From contig JAUFOQ010000003.1 of NCBI GenBank assembly GCA_040285855.1, positions 1,674,001 to 1,738,000 of the forward strand: 64,000 nucleotides of DNA, given 5' to 3'. Position numbers and translations under genes: made by a program. Below, in pieces: positions 24,440 through 37,900 of this stretch. The notes beneath the pieces are model-generated. The model made no database searches. It was not told the origin of the DNA and saw only the letters and a list, made by a program, of their open reading frames with translations. Origin of the DNA: Eukaryota sp. GEM-RC1 (lineage: Eukaryota). The stretch's first letter is position 1, and each line of letters opens with the position of its first letter.

Positions 24440-25527
24440 CTTTTAGATATAGCTTTTGAATTAATTTATTGTGTGTATACACTTTTTGTATTTGTTTGTT
24501 GCATTGTTCAATTTTGAGGATTTCAATTTGATTTCTATTTGAAATCCTTATGTGTGTTTCCCTCTTCATGATTCTTAGGATTGTCACGGTTCTGTTTGTT
24601 ATCGGAGCCCTTTCAGGATGCATTGACTTGTCTTTGCCTTGCGATGGGGACAATGTATGCTCTACTAAGCTAATTGTAGTTATGTCAAGTCATTGACTCA
24701 GCGTCTTACTGTAAATTTTGGTTGGATATACCTGTGTGTCAAGGAAACGATGTGGTGTGTGGGATTAAACAGGAGACCTATCACATTGATTGAAATGGAC
24801 GTTAAGCGTTGGTTCTGTTCTGTAACTACATAATCAAATTTCAGCTTCAATATTGTAGATCGAAAAAGTGGTTAATCTGTTTACATTTTTGTAACTGAAG
24901 CACATTTAAAAAAAATGCAAATATAAAATAGAGTTAGATTGACTCGAAATGAAACATTTCTTGTGACTTAATGGTTAAGGTATTGTTTTTCCTCCGTGAA
25001 AGTGTTGTTTCAGACAATATCAAAAAAATTGTATTAGTTTCATTACATTATCAAAGCACTCTAACTTGAATCTTGGAACTGTTTTAGATCACTAAACTCG
25101 ACTAAATCAGTTGGAAGAACCAAACAATAATGATCAACAGAAATCTACTGGTAGAGTATTAGATGAAACTAAAAAAACTGCTTTTAAAAACATGAGATAT
25201 GCATAGGTGACAATCAGTCAAACAAACGTCCATATTACCCTGAATAAAATGACAATCCAGTACTCCAACTCAAGTAAAGACTACTGCCAACACTTTGATA
25301 AGTCCACATTAATGATTTAACCGCCATGCGATGAATCTCTTCTAGATTGGAAACAACAGAAACTTCACAGTCAACTTAAAAAAAGAAACTCACAGGAAAA
25401 CATTGCAAGTCAACGACAATGAATGAGCCAGAAACGTGCGGTAGTAGAACAGTAAACTTACTCGATTTCCCGATACTTGGAGTGAAGAACAAACAATCAT
25501 ATAACACTATTTTTAAATAAGTATTAT

Positions 25528-27195
25528 TTAAAAAAGTTCGTAAAGGTTAGATACCAATTCATAAAGTAAGAACTTATAATCGTCAACTTTGTGAACAATT
25601 TGAAATATTTCTGAATCATCAAGAGTAAAGTCAAACTGACTAAGTACATTCTGCAAAATTTTCCAATTATTTGGAATATTATACGAAAACCACCTCACAT
25701 CAATCAAATGTTTCGGCAATTTCACTGCCAATATCTTTCCAATAACCTTTCCATCAATAAGAGCGTTATAGAACTCATTTGATGACGAAGTTTTAACAGT
25801 GCAAAACCCATTCAAAAACTCTTTCAGATCCTTAGAAAGTTCAATTACAGACTCTATATCACCAGCATTAAACAAAACAGATTGTTCCATTGAATTCACA
25901 ACAGGAGAAGTCTCTGGTAGATTTCGAACTAGTTCAATATCCTTTTCGTCCTTGACTGGTTCAACTGAGGTTTTCAGCTTAGATTGTGGTTTAGAGCGTG
26001 TCTTGGTTTGCTTTAACTGTGATTTCTTAGTTGGAGTTGGAAGTATGGTCTCATTTGCAGGAGTCTGATTGAACAGGTGATCTTCTAGAGAATCGTCGGG
26101 AGAATCAGAATCAATAATGATCGGAGCATCATCAAAGAGATCATCCTGGGGTCGATTGTGAGCCCTACTTTGAGCTTTGGAGACTATTCGGAAAGGAACC
26201 TTAAAACGTTCAATTCTATCAGTAACTTGTTTTTCATTGAAGTTCTGACAGTTTTGGACTTTAGGAATCACTTCAGGTTTTGTATCTGAAGGTGTATGTG
26301 AAGGAGTATGGTCATTGAATACATGATTATTCAAAACATTTGAGAAATTTTTAACAGTCGGTCTCTTCAACAACGTGTCCAACTTAGAAGGGGCCATGAT
26401 TTTGACTCCTGGGATTGGATTAACGACTTTCCTAGAAGTCCGATCACGTTGCCTTGACACGTCACTCACTGCTGACTTCAATGGACGTCGTGGTTTACTT
26501 TCATTACAATTCTTAGTAAATGAAGTTCTCCTCTCATTCCTTACACTTACTCCTTCTCTTGGTTCCTTCGAGTCGGTACTAACCGGTTCTTTCAAGGTCT
26601 TCACAGGAGGACGATCACTTTGAACCTTTTGTTTTTTCAACTTTTCATCGAGCTGGGCAATGCTAGCAAGGAGTCTGCGTTCTTCCATAGAGAGGTTGCG
26701 GTCCATGTGAGAAGAGAGACTAGGCAACATAGAGTAAGGATTTGAAGGAAGGGAAGCAAGAGAGGCAAGAGGAACGTTGCTGATTGATTGATTGACTGGC
26801 TGGATGATGTCATCATCAGGATGGGAATGTTGTCTATATTCAGCAGTGATCAGACGTTCAAACTTAGTTGTATGAATATTGGAAGCTGGAGGAGCAGAAC
26901 AATAACGCCGAGAACCTCTAGAAGAAAGTGAAAGGATGGGCGTTTTGTTGGTGGCTGAGCGTGTAGATGCAGGACATTGAGGGGTAAACTTAAGCGGAGG
27001 TTTGGTGCTTCTAATTGCAGATGCATTAGAGCGCATTTGGTTACGCCGTTGTTCCAATATATGTTGTCTTCGATCTTCTTCAGTTTTCCGACGTTCACAA
27101 GAGAGCTGAGAGATTTTTTTGCGACGAAGGATGGTTTTTCGACGTAATTCTCGTTCTCGCTCAAGAGTGAGGGGGTCTAGAGGGGATAAGCCCAT
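25528..27195 (-). CDS. Hypothetical protein: charged N-terminal helix, disordered middle, globular (possibly CH-like) C-terminus
   Basis: Uninterrupted 555-aa ORF with ATG start. Confidence 0.65.
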   Translation of the reverse strand: MGLSPLDPLTLERERELRRKTILRRKKISQLSCERRKTEEDRRQHILEQRRNQMRSNASAIRSTKPPLKFTPQCPASTRSATNKTPILSLSSRGSRRYCSAPPASNIHTTKFERLITAEYRQHSHPDDDIIQPVNQSISNVPLASLASLPSNPYSMLPSLSSHMDRNLSMEERRLLASIAQLDEKLKKQKVQSDRPPVKTLKEPVSTDSKEPREGVSVRNERRTSFTKNCNESKPRRPLKSAVSDVSRQRDRTSRKVVNPIPGVKIMAPSKLDTLLKRPTVKNFSNVLNNHVFNDHTPSHTPSDTKPEVIPKVQNCQNFNEKQVTDRIERFKVPFRIVSKAQSRAHNRPQDDLFDDAPIIIDSDSPDDSLEDHLFNQTPANETILPTPTKKSQLKQTKTRSKPQSKLKTSVEPVKDEKDIELVRNLPETSPVVNSMEQSVLFNAGDIESVIELSKDLKEFLNGFCTVKTSSSNEFYNALIDGKVIGKILAVKLPKHLIDVRWFSYNIPNNWKILQNVLSQFDFTLDDSEIFQIVHKVDDYKFLLYELVSNLYELF

Positions 27196-27278
27196 AAATC
27201 AGGCAAAGCACTGGGAAAATAGACAATCAGAGTCCAATGAAGTAAAGAGATTTTAGTTTTTGGATTAAGAACTGGAAG

Positions 27279-27842
27279 ATGAATCAAATGTCTCACCCTC
27301 TAAACGATCCTTGGACTATTTTTGTAGCTAAAAAGTCCCCAGTTGGTACTTATTCTGATAATCTTGTTAGTCTTAGTACTGTCACTACTGTGGAACAATT
27401 CTGTGATGTATTCACCCAGCTACAAAACCCACAATATTTCCCAACAGGTTATGGCGTTTTCGTTTGCCGTTCTGGGTACAAACCGTTGTGGGAAAAGAAT
27501 CCTGCTGGAGGTACTCTATCGGTTAGACTTCACCGAAGCTGTGCCTTTGTGGATTTTGTTTGGACCAAATTTGTTTTTTCCCTCATCGGGGAGCAATTTG
27601 ATGATCCTAATGTAGTTTGTTGTGGATTTTCATGTCGTTCAGACTATAATCTTTCAATTTGGATCAACAACGCCAAAAGTGTCACACTTAAAAACCGTGC
27701 CAACCAAAAATTCATCTCCATATTGCATAGTACATATACAGGAAGCAAGTTTCCACTGCCAGTAGTTGAGTTTGTTTCTCATACTGAAGCACTGGAGCTC
27801 CGCCAACAATTAGAATCACGACCTGCAGAGGAAAGCACGTGA
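27279..27842 (+). CDS. eIF4E-family cap-binding protein (divergent)
   Basis: HPLNDPWT, TVEQF, KPLWE, GG, LIGEQF and LSIW motifs. Confidence 0.85.
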   Translation: MNQMSHPLNDPWTIFVAKKSPVGTYSDNLVSLSTVTTVEQFCDVFTQLQNPQYFPTGYGVFVCRSGYKPLWEKNPAGGTLSVRLHRSCAFVDFVWTKFVFSLIGEQFDDPNVVCCGFSCRSDYNLSIWINNAKSVTLKNRANQKFISILHSTYTGSKFPLPVVEFVSHTEALELRQQLESRPAEEST

Positions 27843-28023
27843 AAAATATCTGTTTAATTTAGTCATCTTTCATACAATAGAATATTTATTTTAAAACTGT
27901 ATTGTGATAAGATTGGAGAACAATTGTACTCATAATGGTTGGTATTCTAGTTTGATGGATGAATGGAGAAAGGGATTTCAGTGGAGGAGAGGACATTGAG
28001 AGGAAATTCCCTTTTTCTCTCCA

Positions 28024-28542
28024 ATGGTTTGTTCTCTGTGTGTATTGACCTCAGTCAGCTCTAGTTGCACCTGAGAACTTCCAGCACATTCTACGTGTTC
28101 TCAATACCAATATCGACGGTAGACGTAAGGTTGTCGCCGGTATCACCGCTATCAAGGGTATTGGTCGCCGTTTTGCCACTCTTGCCTGTAAAGCTGCTGA
28201 TGTCGATATGGACAAACGTGCCGGTGAACTTAGTCCTGAAGAAATCGAACGTCTAATTGCTGTCTTCCAGGCACCTGAAGATCACAAAATTCCAAGATGG
28301 TTCCTTAACAGAAAGAAGGATCCAGTTGATGGTACCTACTCCCAAATTGTGTCCAATGTTGTCGATTCCAAGAAGCGTGAAGATTTGGAACGATTAAAGA
28401 AAATCAGATCCCATCGTGGTCTTAGACATTTCTGGGGACTCAGGTTTGTTTCAAGTATTTTTCTAATCATAGAGTTAGAGGTCAACACACCAAAACCACA
28501 GGCCGCAGAGGTAGAACTGTTGGTGTTTCTAAGAAGAAATAA
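28024..28542 (+). CDS. RPS18: 40S ribosomal protein S18 (uS13); introns 28027-28054 and 28444-28472
   Basis: Spliced translation [23 protein letters not shown]...[33 protein letters not shown]. Confidence 0.96.
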
Positions 28543-28981
28543 ACTGCCCTTCTTCATCGGCATATTGGTAAGTTTTTCTATGGTCTGAATCATATATTGT
28601 ATTGGACAGTTTGTCGCATAGTACATTTTTAGTAAACTCGTATTTCAGTTGCTTATCTTTTTGGATTGCAAAATCGTTTAGTATTCAAATTGATTGTATT
28701 CGAAGTCTACATCATTATTGTACTTTGCCGATAATTGAGGGTGTGGCAATGCATCTTGAGTATAGTGACCCTTGTAAAATCAAGCTTTTGAGAAGTCAAA
28801 CAATAGTTGTACATTTACATCATAGAACAAACAGAAACAAGCGTTTCGATAATACTAAGCAATATTGAAGAAGTAGATAACCACATACACGTATACTACA
28901 TGTAGATTATATGCCATGAGTGCTACTGTCTCGTTTCAACAAAAATATTGGCCCAAAAAGGTGAGAATTTCCAGTACAAAG

Positions 28982-29642
28982 CAGTGATCGTCAAATATAA
29001 TACCGTAAATACGGTAACATTTCAGACAACTCCGTAAATAGTTTACGTATTTTACGGAACGGTATATTTTCGGCAACAATATTATTTTCCGGAAATAATT
29101 GCAATAGGGAACCGTATTTCACCGTAAATTGACTTTTGGATTTCCACGTATCTAAAACAAGAGTTGCTATCAAACTGTTTGTTTGTTGGAAGTGAAAACC
29201 ATATAATAGTAAAATTCATAATTATTTCTAATACCCCAATCCTCTTATTTTCGTTTTGGCAAGAATTAGAACATCATATCGAACAATATATTGTTGATGT
29301 TTTGAAGATTCAAAACTTCGATAGTCATCAAAATGATCAGTTTTGGCATGAGACAGAAGATCAGTGTATCCCTTACCCTTCTTAATCCAAGTGACAAATA
29401 TGGGTTGACAGTACATTGTAGCAGTCAGAAGAGTACCTGGGAGGTTGTAGCGGGTCTTCCAGCTTCGTGAAGAAGTTGTTGATACGTATAATCTTGGCAT
29501 TGTTTACGGAAATGTTTTACCGTAAATAATTTCCGTATTTAACGGGACTCTCTATATAACGGAAAGAAATAGTAGGTACCGTACCGTATTTACGGTAATT
29601 CCGTAAATACGGTATTTCTATTTTACGGTTTGACGATCACTG
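28982..29642 (-). mobile_element. Non-autonomous hAT element with a BED-finger-like remnant
   Basis: 14-bp TIR CAGTGATCGTCAAA. TSD GTACAAAG/CTACAAAG. CCGTAAAT/TTTACGG arrays. Remnant KGKGYTDLLSHAKTDH. Confidence 0.88.
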
Positions 29643-30178
29643 CTACAAAGACCAAAAGTTCGCCTGTATTAATAGTCCCCTAATTGTTGTGGGAAAAGAG
29701 TGATTTTCGCCCTCATTTTTTGGAACTGTTTAAAAAGTCAAGTTCAGGTTCTCTTTTGATTAGAAGAAAAATAGACAGTAAAAGTTATAGATGCTATTTT
29801 TACATTCTTGAAGAAAATCGGCATCATTTGTTGTCACAAACTGTTTGCGAGATATCAAAGTGGAAGTTTTTTTTTAAAAAAAGACATTAAACAAGTCGAG
29901 AATACGTAGATGTTTTGATCCCAGATGGAAGACGGAACTATCGGTGCGCTCTATTTTTAAAGGTGTCAATATTGAGTAGTGACTTGTCTCTTGAAAGGCA
30001 TTATTTTCTTAGACTTTATGTATCTTTAAGAGATAGATTTGTTTTGTACATGTATGTGGAATTTCCAAATAGAATACTTGTACCTTGAAGATATTGATTA
30101 TCAGTGTCTTTTAGTTCTTATGTTAATTTCTACAAAAATAACATAATTTTATGTTATAAATTAACGAAATACAAACAA

Positions 30179-30925
30179 CTAGTACCTAAAAGATATTAGA
30201 TGATCCACATCTACTCTTGAACTACCACGATACAATTTGTCCAGAATACGATTCATACACTTTGGGAAACTTCTATATAAGGAAAAAACAATGCGATTGC
30301 GCCAAAGAGACTGATTAAAATTTTTCCTATGGTCACGGCGCAACTTTGAAAAGGCATCAAAGAAATTTTCAGCAGCAAATCCAATATTACCAAGAATTGA
30401 AATAGCAAAAGGAATAAACTTAAAAGATATTAACTTCTGCAAATGCATTTATTTCACTGATTGATCATAAACCCCGTTTTTTTTACTTAAAAGAAGAATA
30501 CAAATTGGAATTCAGTTTGATCATTGTGTCAGAATATGTACTAATCTTTCTTTTTCAGCTTTTGATAAATGATTTTCAGTGCCACTCGAAACTGAAGTCA
30601 AGTATACTTTAGCACATGGATCAACAGTAGTTAAATCTATCACAGCTTGACAAGAATCAAGATATGGAACAATGAGATCACCTCGTCGAGAATTGGTAAT
30701 ATTATCATCACTATAATGCTTAAGAAGAGGTTCGATTTTCCCATTAAACCCATGACATTTAAACATTTCATACGTACACAGCAAATGTAATAATGTAGAA
30801 CAGCATTGTGTAAAATCGACCTAAACTGAAGAAATTTTTTGCAACTAACAATGTGTCTGAAGTCAACTTTTTGTCTCTTTTCACAACAACACATAGTATT
30901 ATCTAACAATTCAGATGGAAACAGA
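30179..30925 (-). mobile_element. Degenerate RLE non-LTR 3' region, a further family
   Basis: CCC..FRHIVSC, LHNAV, RRGDLIVP, IDLTTVDPC and FIPFAISILG. Confidence 0.8.
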
Positions 30926-30969
30926 TTTTAAATTTCTACAATGTTTTATAAAACAAAAATTGTAAACAA

Positions 30970-31440
30970 ACACTGGAACTCAATACCATTAAAGCAATAT
31001 TCATTACCAATGAATCTCACAGAAGCTATGTCTTCATAGAAAACACTAAGAACTGAAAAAGCTTTCGAGATGATAACAGGTATTGTTATAAAGATTGAAG
31101 AGGTTATACGATTCAACCAAAACTTAAAATAAAATATTATTTAATTCTTTTTTTCTTAACAACTTTCTCAAAATCATTGAGAAAACAAAGAGCATCTTTA
31201 TCAAACTGACCATAAATTGAAATTGCAAAAGAACATAATTTGTACTCAACGTGCTTTGTCTGTTTGAAAGCAGTCAAGAAAGTATCGTATTTTTTCTCTC
31301 TTAAATTGTTTTGAAAAAATCAAGGGGTGACACTTCATTTTTGACATATAGTAATCACATCAAAAACCGTCAGTTCTTCACTGACTGATGGAACGATGAC
31401 ATCACTTCTCTTTTTACCAAAAGTCTTATCGAAATCATTT
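30970..31440 (-). mobile_element. Degenerate RLE non-LTR 3' region, family C
   Basis: DKTFGKKRSDVIVPSV, as in the 51812 ORF, and FWLNRITSSIF. Confidence 0.75.
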
Positions 31441-32195
31441 TGTTAGGGATGTTAACTGGTTCACTTCAAGTGTGTGTGAACCGGTTCTGAATCGATTGAA
31501 TCGATCCTGTTTTTTGGATGTTTGAACTAATTCAAAAAATTACAAATATCCTCGAAAATGATCTTTTACTAATGAATTAGAGATGTAAATCGGTCAAGAA
31601 TCTATACACATCTATGTAAAGATGTATGTATATGTATATCGTCTTGACATCAATGTATTTTTCTACATCGACAATACTTTAATTCGCTTCCATATCTTCT
31701 CATAATATAAATGCTTCAATGCAACCCAATAGTGTTACCTCGGAACATTTACTTTCACTTGCTTACTTATTGCCAATAACAAGAGGGTCAAATTGAGTGA
31801 AAAGTCTCTCCAATCTTTTTTATGTTTGGACTCATGGCTTAAGACAAATCTAGATTAGGAGAGAACTTCATTTTCAAGCTAATAACTGAATGTTATCGTC
31901 CAAATTAATGACAAATTTGGGTAGTCTTTAATTGAGTATATTTATTAAACTGAAGGTGAAGCTGAAAATGGGAGCATCCATCAGTGTAACAACGGCCCGA
32001 AGAGAAACAGAAGAGGAGAGCTACCTTTACATGTGAATTCTTCTAAATAGTATGTTGTAAAAGAGTCCATATTTTGAAGTAGCAAATGTACCAGTAAGAA
32101 GTTTGCTTTTCAACTTTTAGTCTCCAATACTTCCAACATTGCTAGATATGTCTAAATCGTATTACTAAAAGATGGATTTGTACACACCGTAATCA

Positions 32196-33127
32196 ATGTT
32201 TATTCGGCACCCAATAAGGTCACCTTCCTACAAACTATGAAATTGTAAAAACAAACAAATAATACTAAGATTAAATCCAAACGACTTCATCACCACCCGG
32301 TAAAAGATTACGTTTATCAACATTAACCTTCACACCAAACTTGTACAACTTCTCAATTAATCTAGAGAAATAGAAAGGCATATTCCGATATATGGAAAAC
32401 ACTATACGGTTTTTCCATTCAGCCATTCTAAACTTACGCTTCTTTTCTTTACACAATTCTTCGAAATCCTTGAAAAATTGATCACCAGCAGGACTAATAG
32501 ATCCAAAAAGAGAAACAGCAAAAGGTTGAAACACAAATTTGGAATATGAGTTTCTATTTAATTCTTCTACTTGAGAGTCATACTTGGAGTGTTTGAGCTT
32601 TTCAGCTGCTGTTAATGGATTAAAAGAAGAATCTAATATCCTACTAACACAAGATTTGTTACATACATCTACTGTAGTAAAATCCATTAATGATTGACTC
32701 GATTTAAGCCACGGAGTATGTAGATCCCCTCTTTTTGATCAGTAAATTCATTTTCTGAAAGATGATTCAAAACTGGTTCAACTTTAGAGTGAAAACCATG
32801 TGCTTTAAACATGGAATAACAAAAATCACGTACACCATCATGAATTACTGCACGTAGATGAATAAAATAACGACAATTAATTAAATGACGAAAAACACCA
32901 TTAGCTCCACAAGAGCAAGTTGAATAGTTTAATAAATTTGCAGGCCAAATAGCCAAACGAAGACGCATATTGATCATCCAAGCTTCATCAGATAGATGTA
33001 ATCCATACACCTTAGGAATTTGAGAAATAAATCCAGAAGGTCCACTATTACAAAGATCGATTAAAAAAGCAGCGAACTCGGGACTATTAGTTTTAGCCAA
33101 GCTAATACGATTATTAAAGTCCAAGAG
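32196..33127 (-). mobile_element. RLE non-LTR retrotransposon, longest family A copy (5'-truncated)
   Basis: MRLRLAIWP, zinc knuckle and RLE motifs. Near-identical to 4381-5104. Confidence 0.88.
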
Positions 33128-33339
33128 TTCAAATATTATGCAATATTGGACACTTCCTGTATTGCTCCAAATATACAGAAATATACACATTGGTATACAA
33201 ATGAGGGGTCTTGTATAAACATTGTATATACAATCGTATACAGTGTATATGTATTAGTATATCTTAGGTATGATTGATTATACTACATTCGGCAAGTTCT
33301 TCTGTTTCCAGTAATGAAAAAACTAAGAAATAGCCATGG

Positions 33340-33442
33340 CTGAAGAAGGACCATCCATGATCCATGTGGATGAGCGAAAACTTTATTTACAATGGATGCA
33401 TGATGGATTTCGTGGATGGATGGTCATCCATGAACAACCCTA
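33340..33442. mobile_element. One end of a hAT-type element with CATCCAT/ATGGATG repeats
   Basis: Reverse complement TAGGGTTGTTCATGGATGACCATCCATCCAC matches the end at 38302. Confidence 0.65.
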
Positions 33443-36042
33443 GAATTTTCTGATATTACTTCATATGTGGGCAGGAAGAGTCAGTGACATTGAAGTTAAA
33501 TGGACGGTGTAGTTGTTGGTGAAGAAATACTTGTATAATAAAGAGTACTGTATGTAAATTATTATCGTTTATTTAACACGCCTATGCTACAAGTGTCCAC
33601 ATTAAATCAGCTCCTCTAGTGTAAGAACCTGCTCCAGTATTACCATATACATCAGCAAAATTAGAAGGGAAAGCCTCAGCATGAACCTCAGCACCATTTA
33701 CATCAATTTGAATAGATGTAAACTGATCATCAGGAGTACAAGAAAAGGCATTTTCAGAAATGGTTTCAACAGAGCTACTGATAACAACAGATTCAAGAAG
33801 ATTGTTTAAAAATGCAGAAGCATCAATCAAAGTGACTCCTTGCGGAATAGTCACGGATTTCAGCAGGTTTGAAGAGAAAGTTGAAGCTGAAACAGTAACG
33901 AGTGAGGTTCCTTCAAAAGTTAAAGTGGTCAACGTATTTGAAGCAAATGCAAAATCTCCAATGGTAGTGACAGATGCAGGAATAGAGAGTGTGGGTATTT
34001 GATTACTTTCAAAAGCAGCAGTTCCGATATGTTCAAGACCAACTCCGAATGACAGAATAGTCAAACCGTTGTTACGGAAGGCAGAATCTCCAATAGCAAC
34101 AACAGAAGAAGGAAAAGTAAGCGCGGATATGTGATTACTTTCAAATGCAGAATTTCCAATAGAGGTGATGTGATTAACAAAATTAAGAGTACCGGTTGGA
34201 TTTCCCTTGAAAGCTGAGTCTCCAATAGTGATTACAGTGTAAGGAATATTGAGTGTGGTAAACATGTTATTTTCAAAGACAGAAGGTCCAATGTGATTAA
34301 AAGCAGTTCCGAATAAAATGGCGGTCAACTTATTGTTACGGAATGCAGCGTATCCCATAGTTTCGACAGAGTTGGGAATGTTGAGCGTGTGTAAGAGATT
34401 GTTTTCAAAAGCAGTACTTCCAACATGTCTAACAGAAGTTCCCATTGTAAGCGATGCCACCTTATTATTACGGAATGCAGAATCTCCAATAGTTTCAACA
34501 GTGTGAGGGATACTTTGAGTGTCAATTATATTGTCTTCAAAAGCAGAATTTCCAATGGATGTAGTTCCTTCATACATAGTCACACTCGATATAATATTCT
34601 TTTGAAAGACAAGTCTCCAATAGAAATAATGTATGCAGGAATATCGATTGCTCCCATTCGATTAATTTCAAAAGTAGAAGTTGCAATATGATCAAGACCA
34701 GTTCCGAATGTAATACCAGCAATCAGATTGTTACGGAAAGCAGCATCTCCCATACTTGTGACACTATGAGGAATGTTGACTGCTGCTATTTTGTTGTTTT
34801 CAAAAGCAGCACTTCCAATATCTTGAAGAGGAGTACCCAGTGTAATAGTAATTAACTGATTGTTACGGAAGGCGAAATCTCCAACGGTTGTTACACCGAC
34901 AGGTGACATGTGCTATTTTGTTATTTTCAAAAGCAGATTCTCCTAAGGAGATGGCAGTGTTAGGAAGAGTAAGTGTATCGAGAAGGTTGTTCTTGAAAGA
35001 TGAATCTCCAATGGTAATAACACTGTTGGGAATGACGAGCGCTGTCAAATTACTGGCTTGGAAAGCACCGTCTCCAATAGTAGTGACACCATCGAGAAGT
35101 GTGGGAAATGATGATAGAACGTTCTTCAAATTGTTACCTGTGGTTTCCAATAAAAAGGGACGATCGAGAGTAGTCAATTGATTGAAAGCGAAGGCATTCG
35201 TACCAATAGAAGTGACACCACTTCCGTATGAAACAGACTCCAAAAGATTATTAGCAAATGCCGACGGCGAGATAATCGTAACATCATTTGGAATGAATAC
35301 TGACTGTAGACTATTAGACTCGAAAGCAGATTGTCGGATCTCCAAGACAGTGTCAGGAATAACAACCGAAACTATACCTTTAGATTTGAAAGCATTTTCA
35401 TCAATGACAGTAATGTTGACATTATTGAGCATAGAAGGAATTTCTACATCAAGACCGAATGAAGCATCATAGCCAGTAATAGTTCCACTAGCAAAAGAAG
35501 ACGTAAAACCATGACCTTTCAAGGATATAGTATCTTCAAAAGAATCTTTAAGAGTAAATGTAAGTTGACGATCAAAGAAATTGGTATGCATAACCAATAT
35601 TTCAGATTCCACTGATGCTTCCATAGGAATAGTAACGACTCCTTTGTTATTACTTTTTGCTTCAAAATTTTGATACAAAGATTGTACAACTACATTTTGA
35701 ATAGGTGTTTGGTCTTTTCATTGACAAAAGTCAGTTTGAGAGAATGATCATTGTCCTTACCCATATACATCATGGAAAATACTATTGCAAGAAGTACAAC
35801 AGCAAGTAGGGCAAGCCCACCAATGACCATTCTAGTACGTCCCTTAGTGAAAAAGTTCATACCTTTTCTTAAAGAACTAACATTAGCTGCATAGTCAGGA
35901 AGAGGTTCCAATTGGACTGCACATTCAGGACCATCGTTATCAACAAATGGATATTTGGCAACTTCATAATTGCCGGCAGAAGTTGCGCTCAAAATAATAG
36001 GTTCATGAGTTCCCACACAGGCTACAGAAACAACATCTATTC

Positions 36043-36507
36043 TAGGGTTGTTAAGACACGAGTCACAGGTCAGGTCAATTCATTTGATGACCTTGACCTG
36101 ACCCGTGACCTGTTACTGTGGACCTTGACCTGACCTTTGACCCGATTTATGTGATCTTGACCTGACCTTTGACCTGAATCAGTTGACCTTGACCTGACTT
36201 TTGACCTGAAATCTACAATTTACTTTATTCTTTAACTATCGAAAATCCGTATAAACAAAGTCAAATCTAATGATTTCTTGAATATTAGTGTATACTAAGA
36301 GTAAATGGCGTAAGTTAATGTAATTTTGATCATTTAAAACAAGAAACTAACACATAAACTGCCAAATGTTTGACCTTGACCTGACCTTTGACCTGAATGG
36401 TAAGACCTTGACCTGACCTTTGACCTGATGTTCGTTAGCTTGACCTGACCTTTGACCTGACCTGACCTGTGATTTTCAGGTCTTGACCTGAACTTTTAAC
36501 AACCCTA
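36043..36507. mobile_element. hAT-type MITE with TGACCTGACCTT arrays
   Basis: TIR TAGGGTTGTTAA. Perfect TSD ATCTATTC (36035-36042, 36508-36515). Confidence 0.93.
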
Positions 36508-36813
36508 ATCTATTCTTACTTGTTCATTAGTTTGCAACAAACATTTAATAACCATGCAAAGCTGTTCGTGACAATTCTGAGGGAAAGAGGTACCAGAGTC
36601 AAGGATCAGCTGTAGGTACTTGTCAACTACGCTCTTCATTTGAATAACACTAATATCGGAGTTGAATCCACGGGAAATGTTACCAAAATCTTGGTCGGGG
36701 ATTCCTAGAACTGTGGTTGCAAAGGATTTAATACAACGACGGTAGCGGTCATAAGTTAGGGAAGGAGAACTACCTGAAGCGAGCTCGCTTGCAACAATTT
36801 CGTCATTCAGCCC

Positions 36814-37900
36814 AAAAAAAACGGATTTATGTGCGGAGAAAAACACATAATAAGTTAAGTACAAATAGATAAACACTATTAAAACAAATTATCAAACGAA
36901 CTACCTAATTCCGAAAAGTAGTTGCCTCCAAACAACTTGGACAAAATGGAATCAACATATCTATACATAGACCTAAAAATCGAAAAAGCAAATTTACTCT
37001 TCCAGTACGATCTGTTAAACTTCTTGCCAAGTTCTGAACACAAATTTTCAAATAAACTTAAAAACTCCTTGGTAGAAGAACCGAAATTTCCGTACAATGA
37101 AACTGCAAAAGGCTGAAAGACGATATTATTGTGTCTTCGTGAATTCAATGCAGCAACTTGATGTCCATACTTAGACACTTTGGCGTTCTCAGCGTCTTTC
37201 AGCGGATCATTTGAGGGATTCAAAATGTTGGCAATAGCTGAAGCTTTGCAAGGATCAACGGTCGTAAAATCAACAACAATTTCTTGGCATGACAACCAAG
37301 GGCCAATAAAATCACCACGTTTCTGAGTAGAATCAGGGTGATCTGAAAGATGAGAAAGTAATGGTTCGACTTTGCCATGGAAACCATTTGCCTTAAACAT
37401 TTCCAAACATGTATCTCGAAGACTGTTGTGCAAAATTGAACGACAATGTATGAACTTTGAACAATTGACCAAATGATGAAAGCTAGCCTTATGTTTGTTT
37501 TTACAGATACACGTGCTGTTCTGTATCAAACCAAATGGCCAAAAACCTAAACGAAGTCTCATGTTAACAAGCCATTCATGATCTTTTAGATTAAAAATAA
37601 ATCTCCCTGGCAATTGAGTAATGAAAGTAGATGCTGAATCACTACTCATGTCTTGTAAAAATGCACAGAAAGCGGGACTTTTAACTTTAGCCAAGCTAAT
37701 GCAGTTAGTATAGTCCAAGCTCTCATGGAAAGATACAAATTTCTTCTGAAATTTTCTAACACCAAGAGGAAGGGAAAAAAGCGTACGTTGAGGTGTTTCC
37801 GTCACAGATGCAGGGAACAAGGATTCCCAAACATCAGGGTTCATACCATCTACAGCCCAATGTTGTAAACTAGTATGAAATGTCAAGAGATTGAACAAAC
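36814..37900 (-). mobile_element. 5'-truncated RLE non-LTR retrotransposon, family B, with open reading frame
   Basis: MRLRLG, CIC..HHLVNC, LHNSLRD, RGDF..DFTTVD, AENAKVSKY and FQPFAVSLYG. Confidence 0.88.

Noticed and set aside
36043..36507. CRISPR-like or telomeric arrays (TGACCT, TCGGAT, ATATTGCA repeats)
   Set aside because: No constant repeat-spacer period and no cas genes. The arrays lie inside TIR/TSD-bounded elements.
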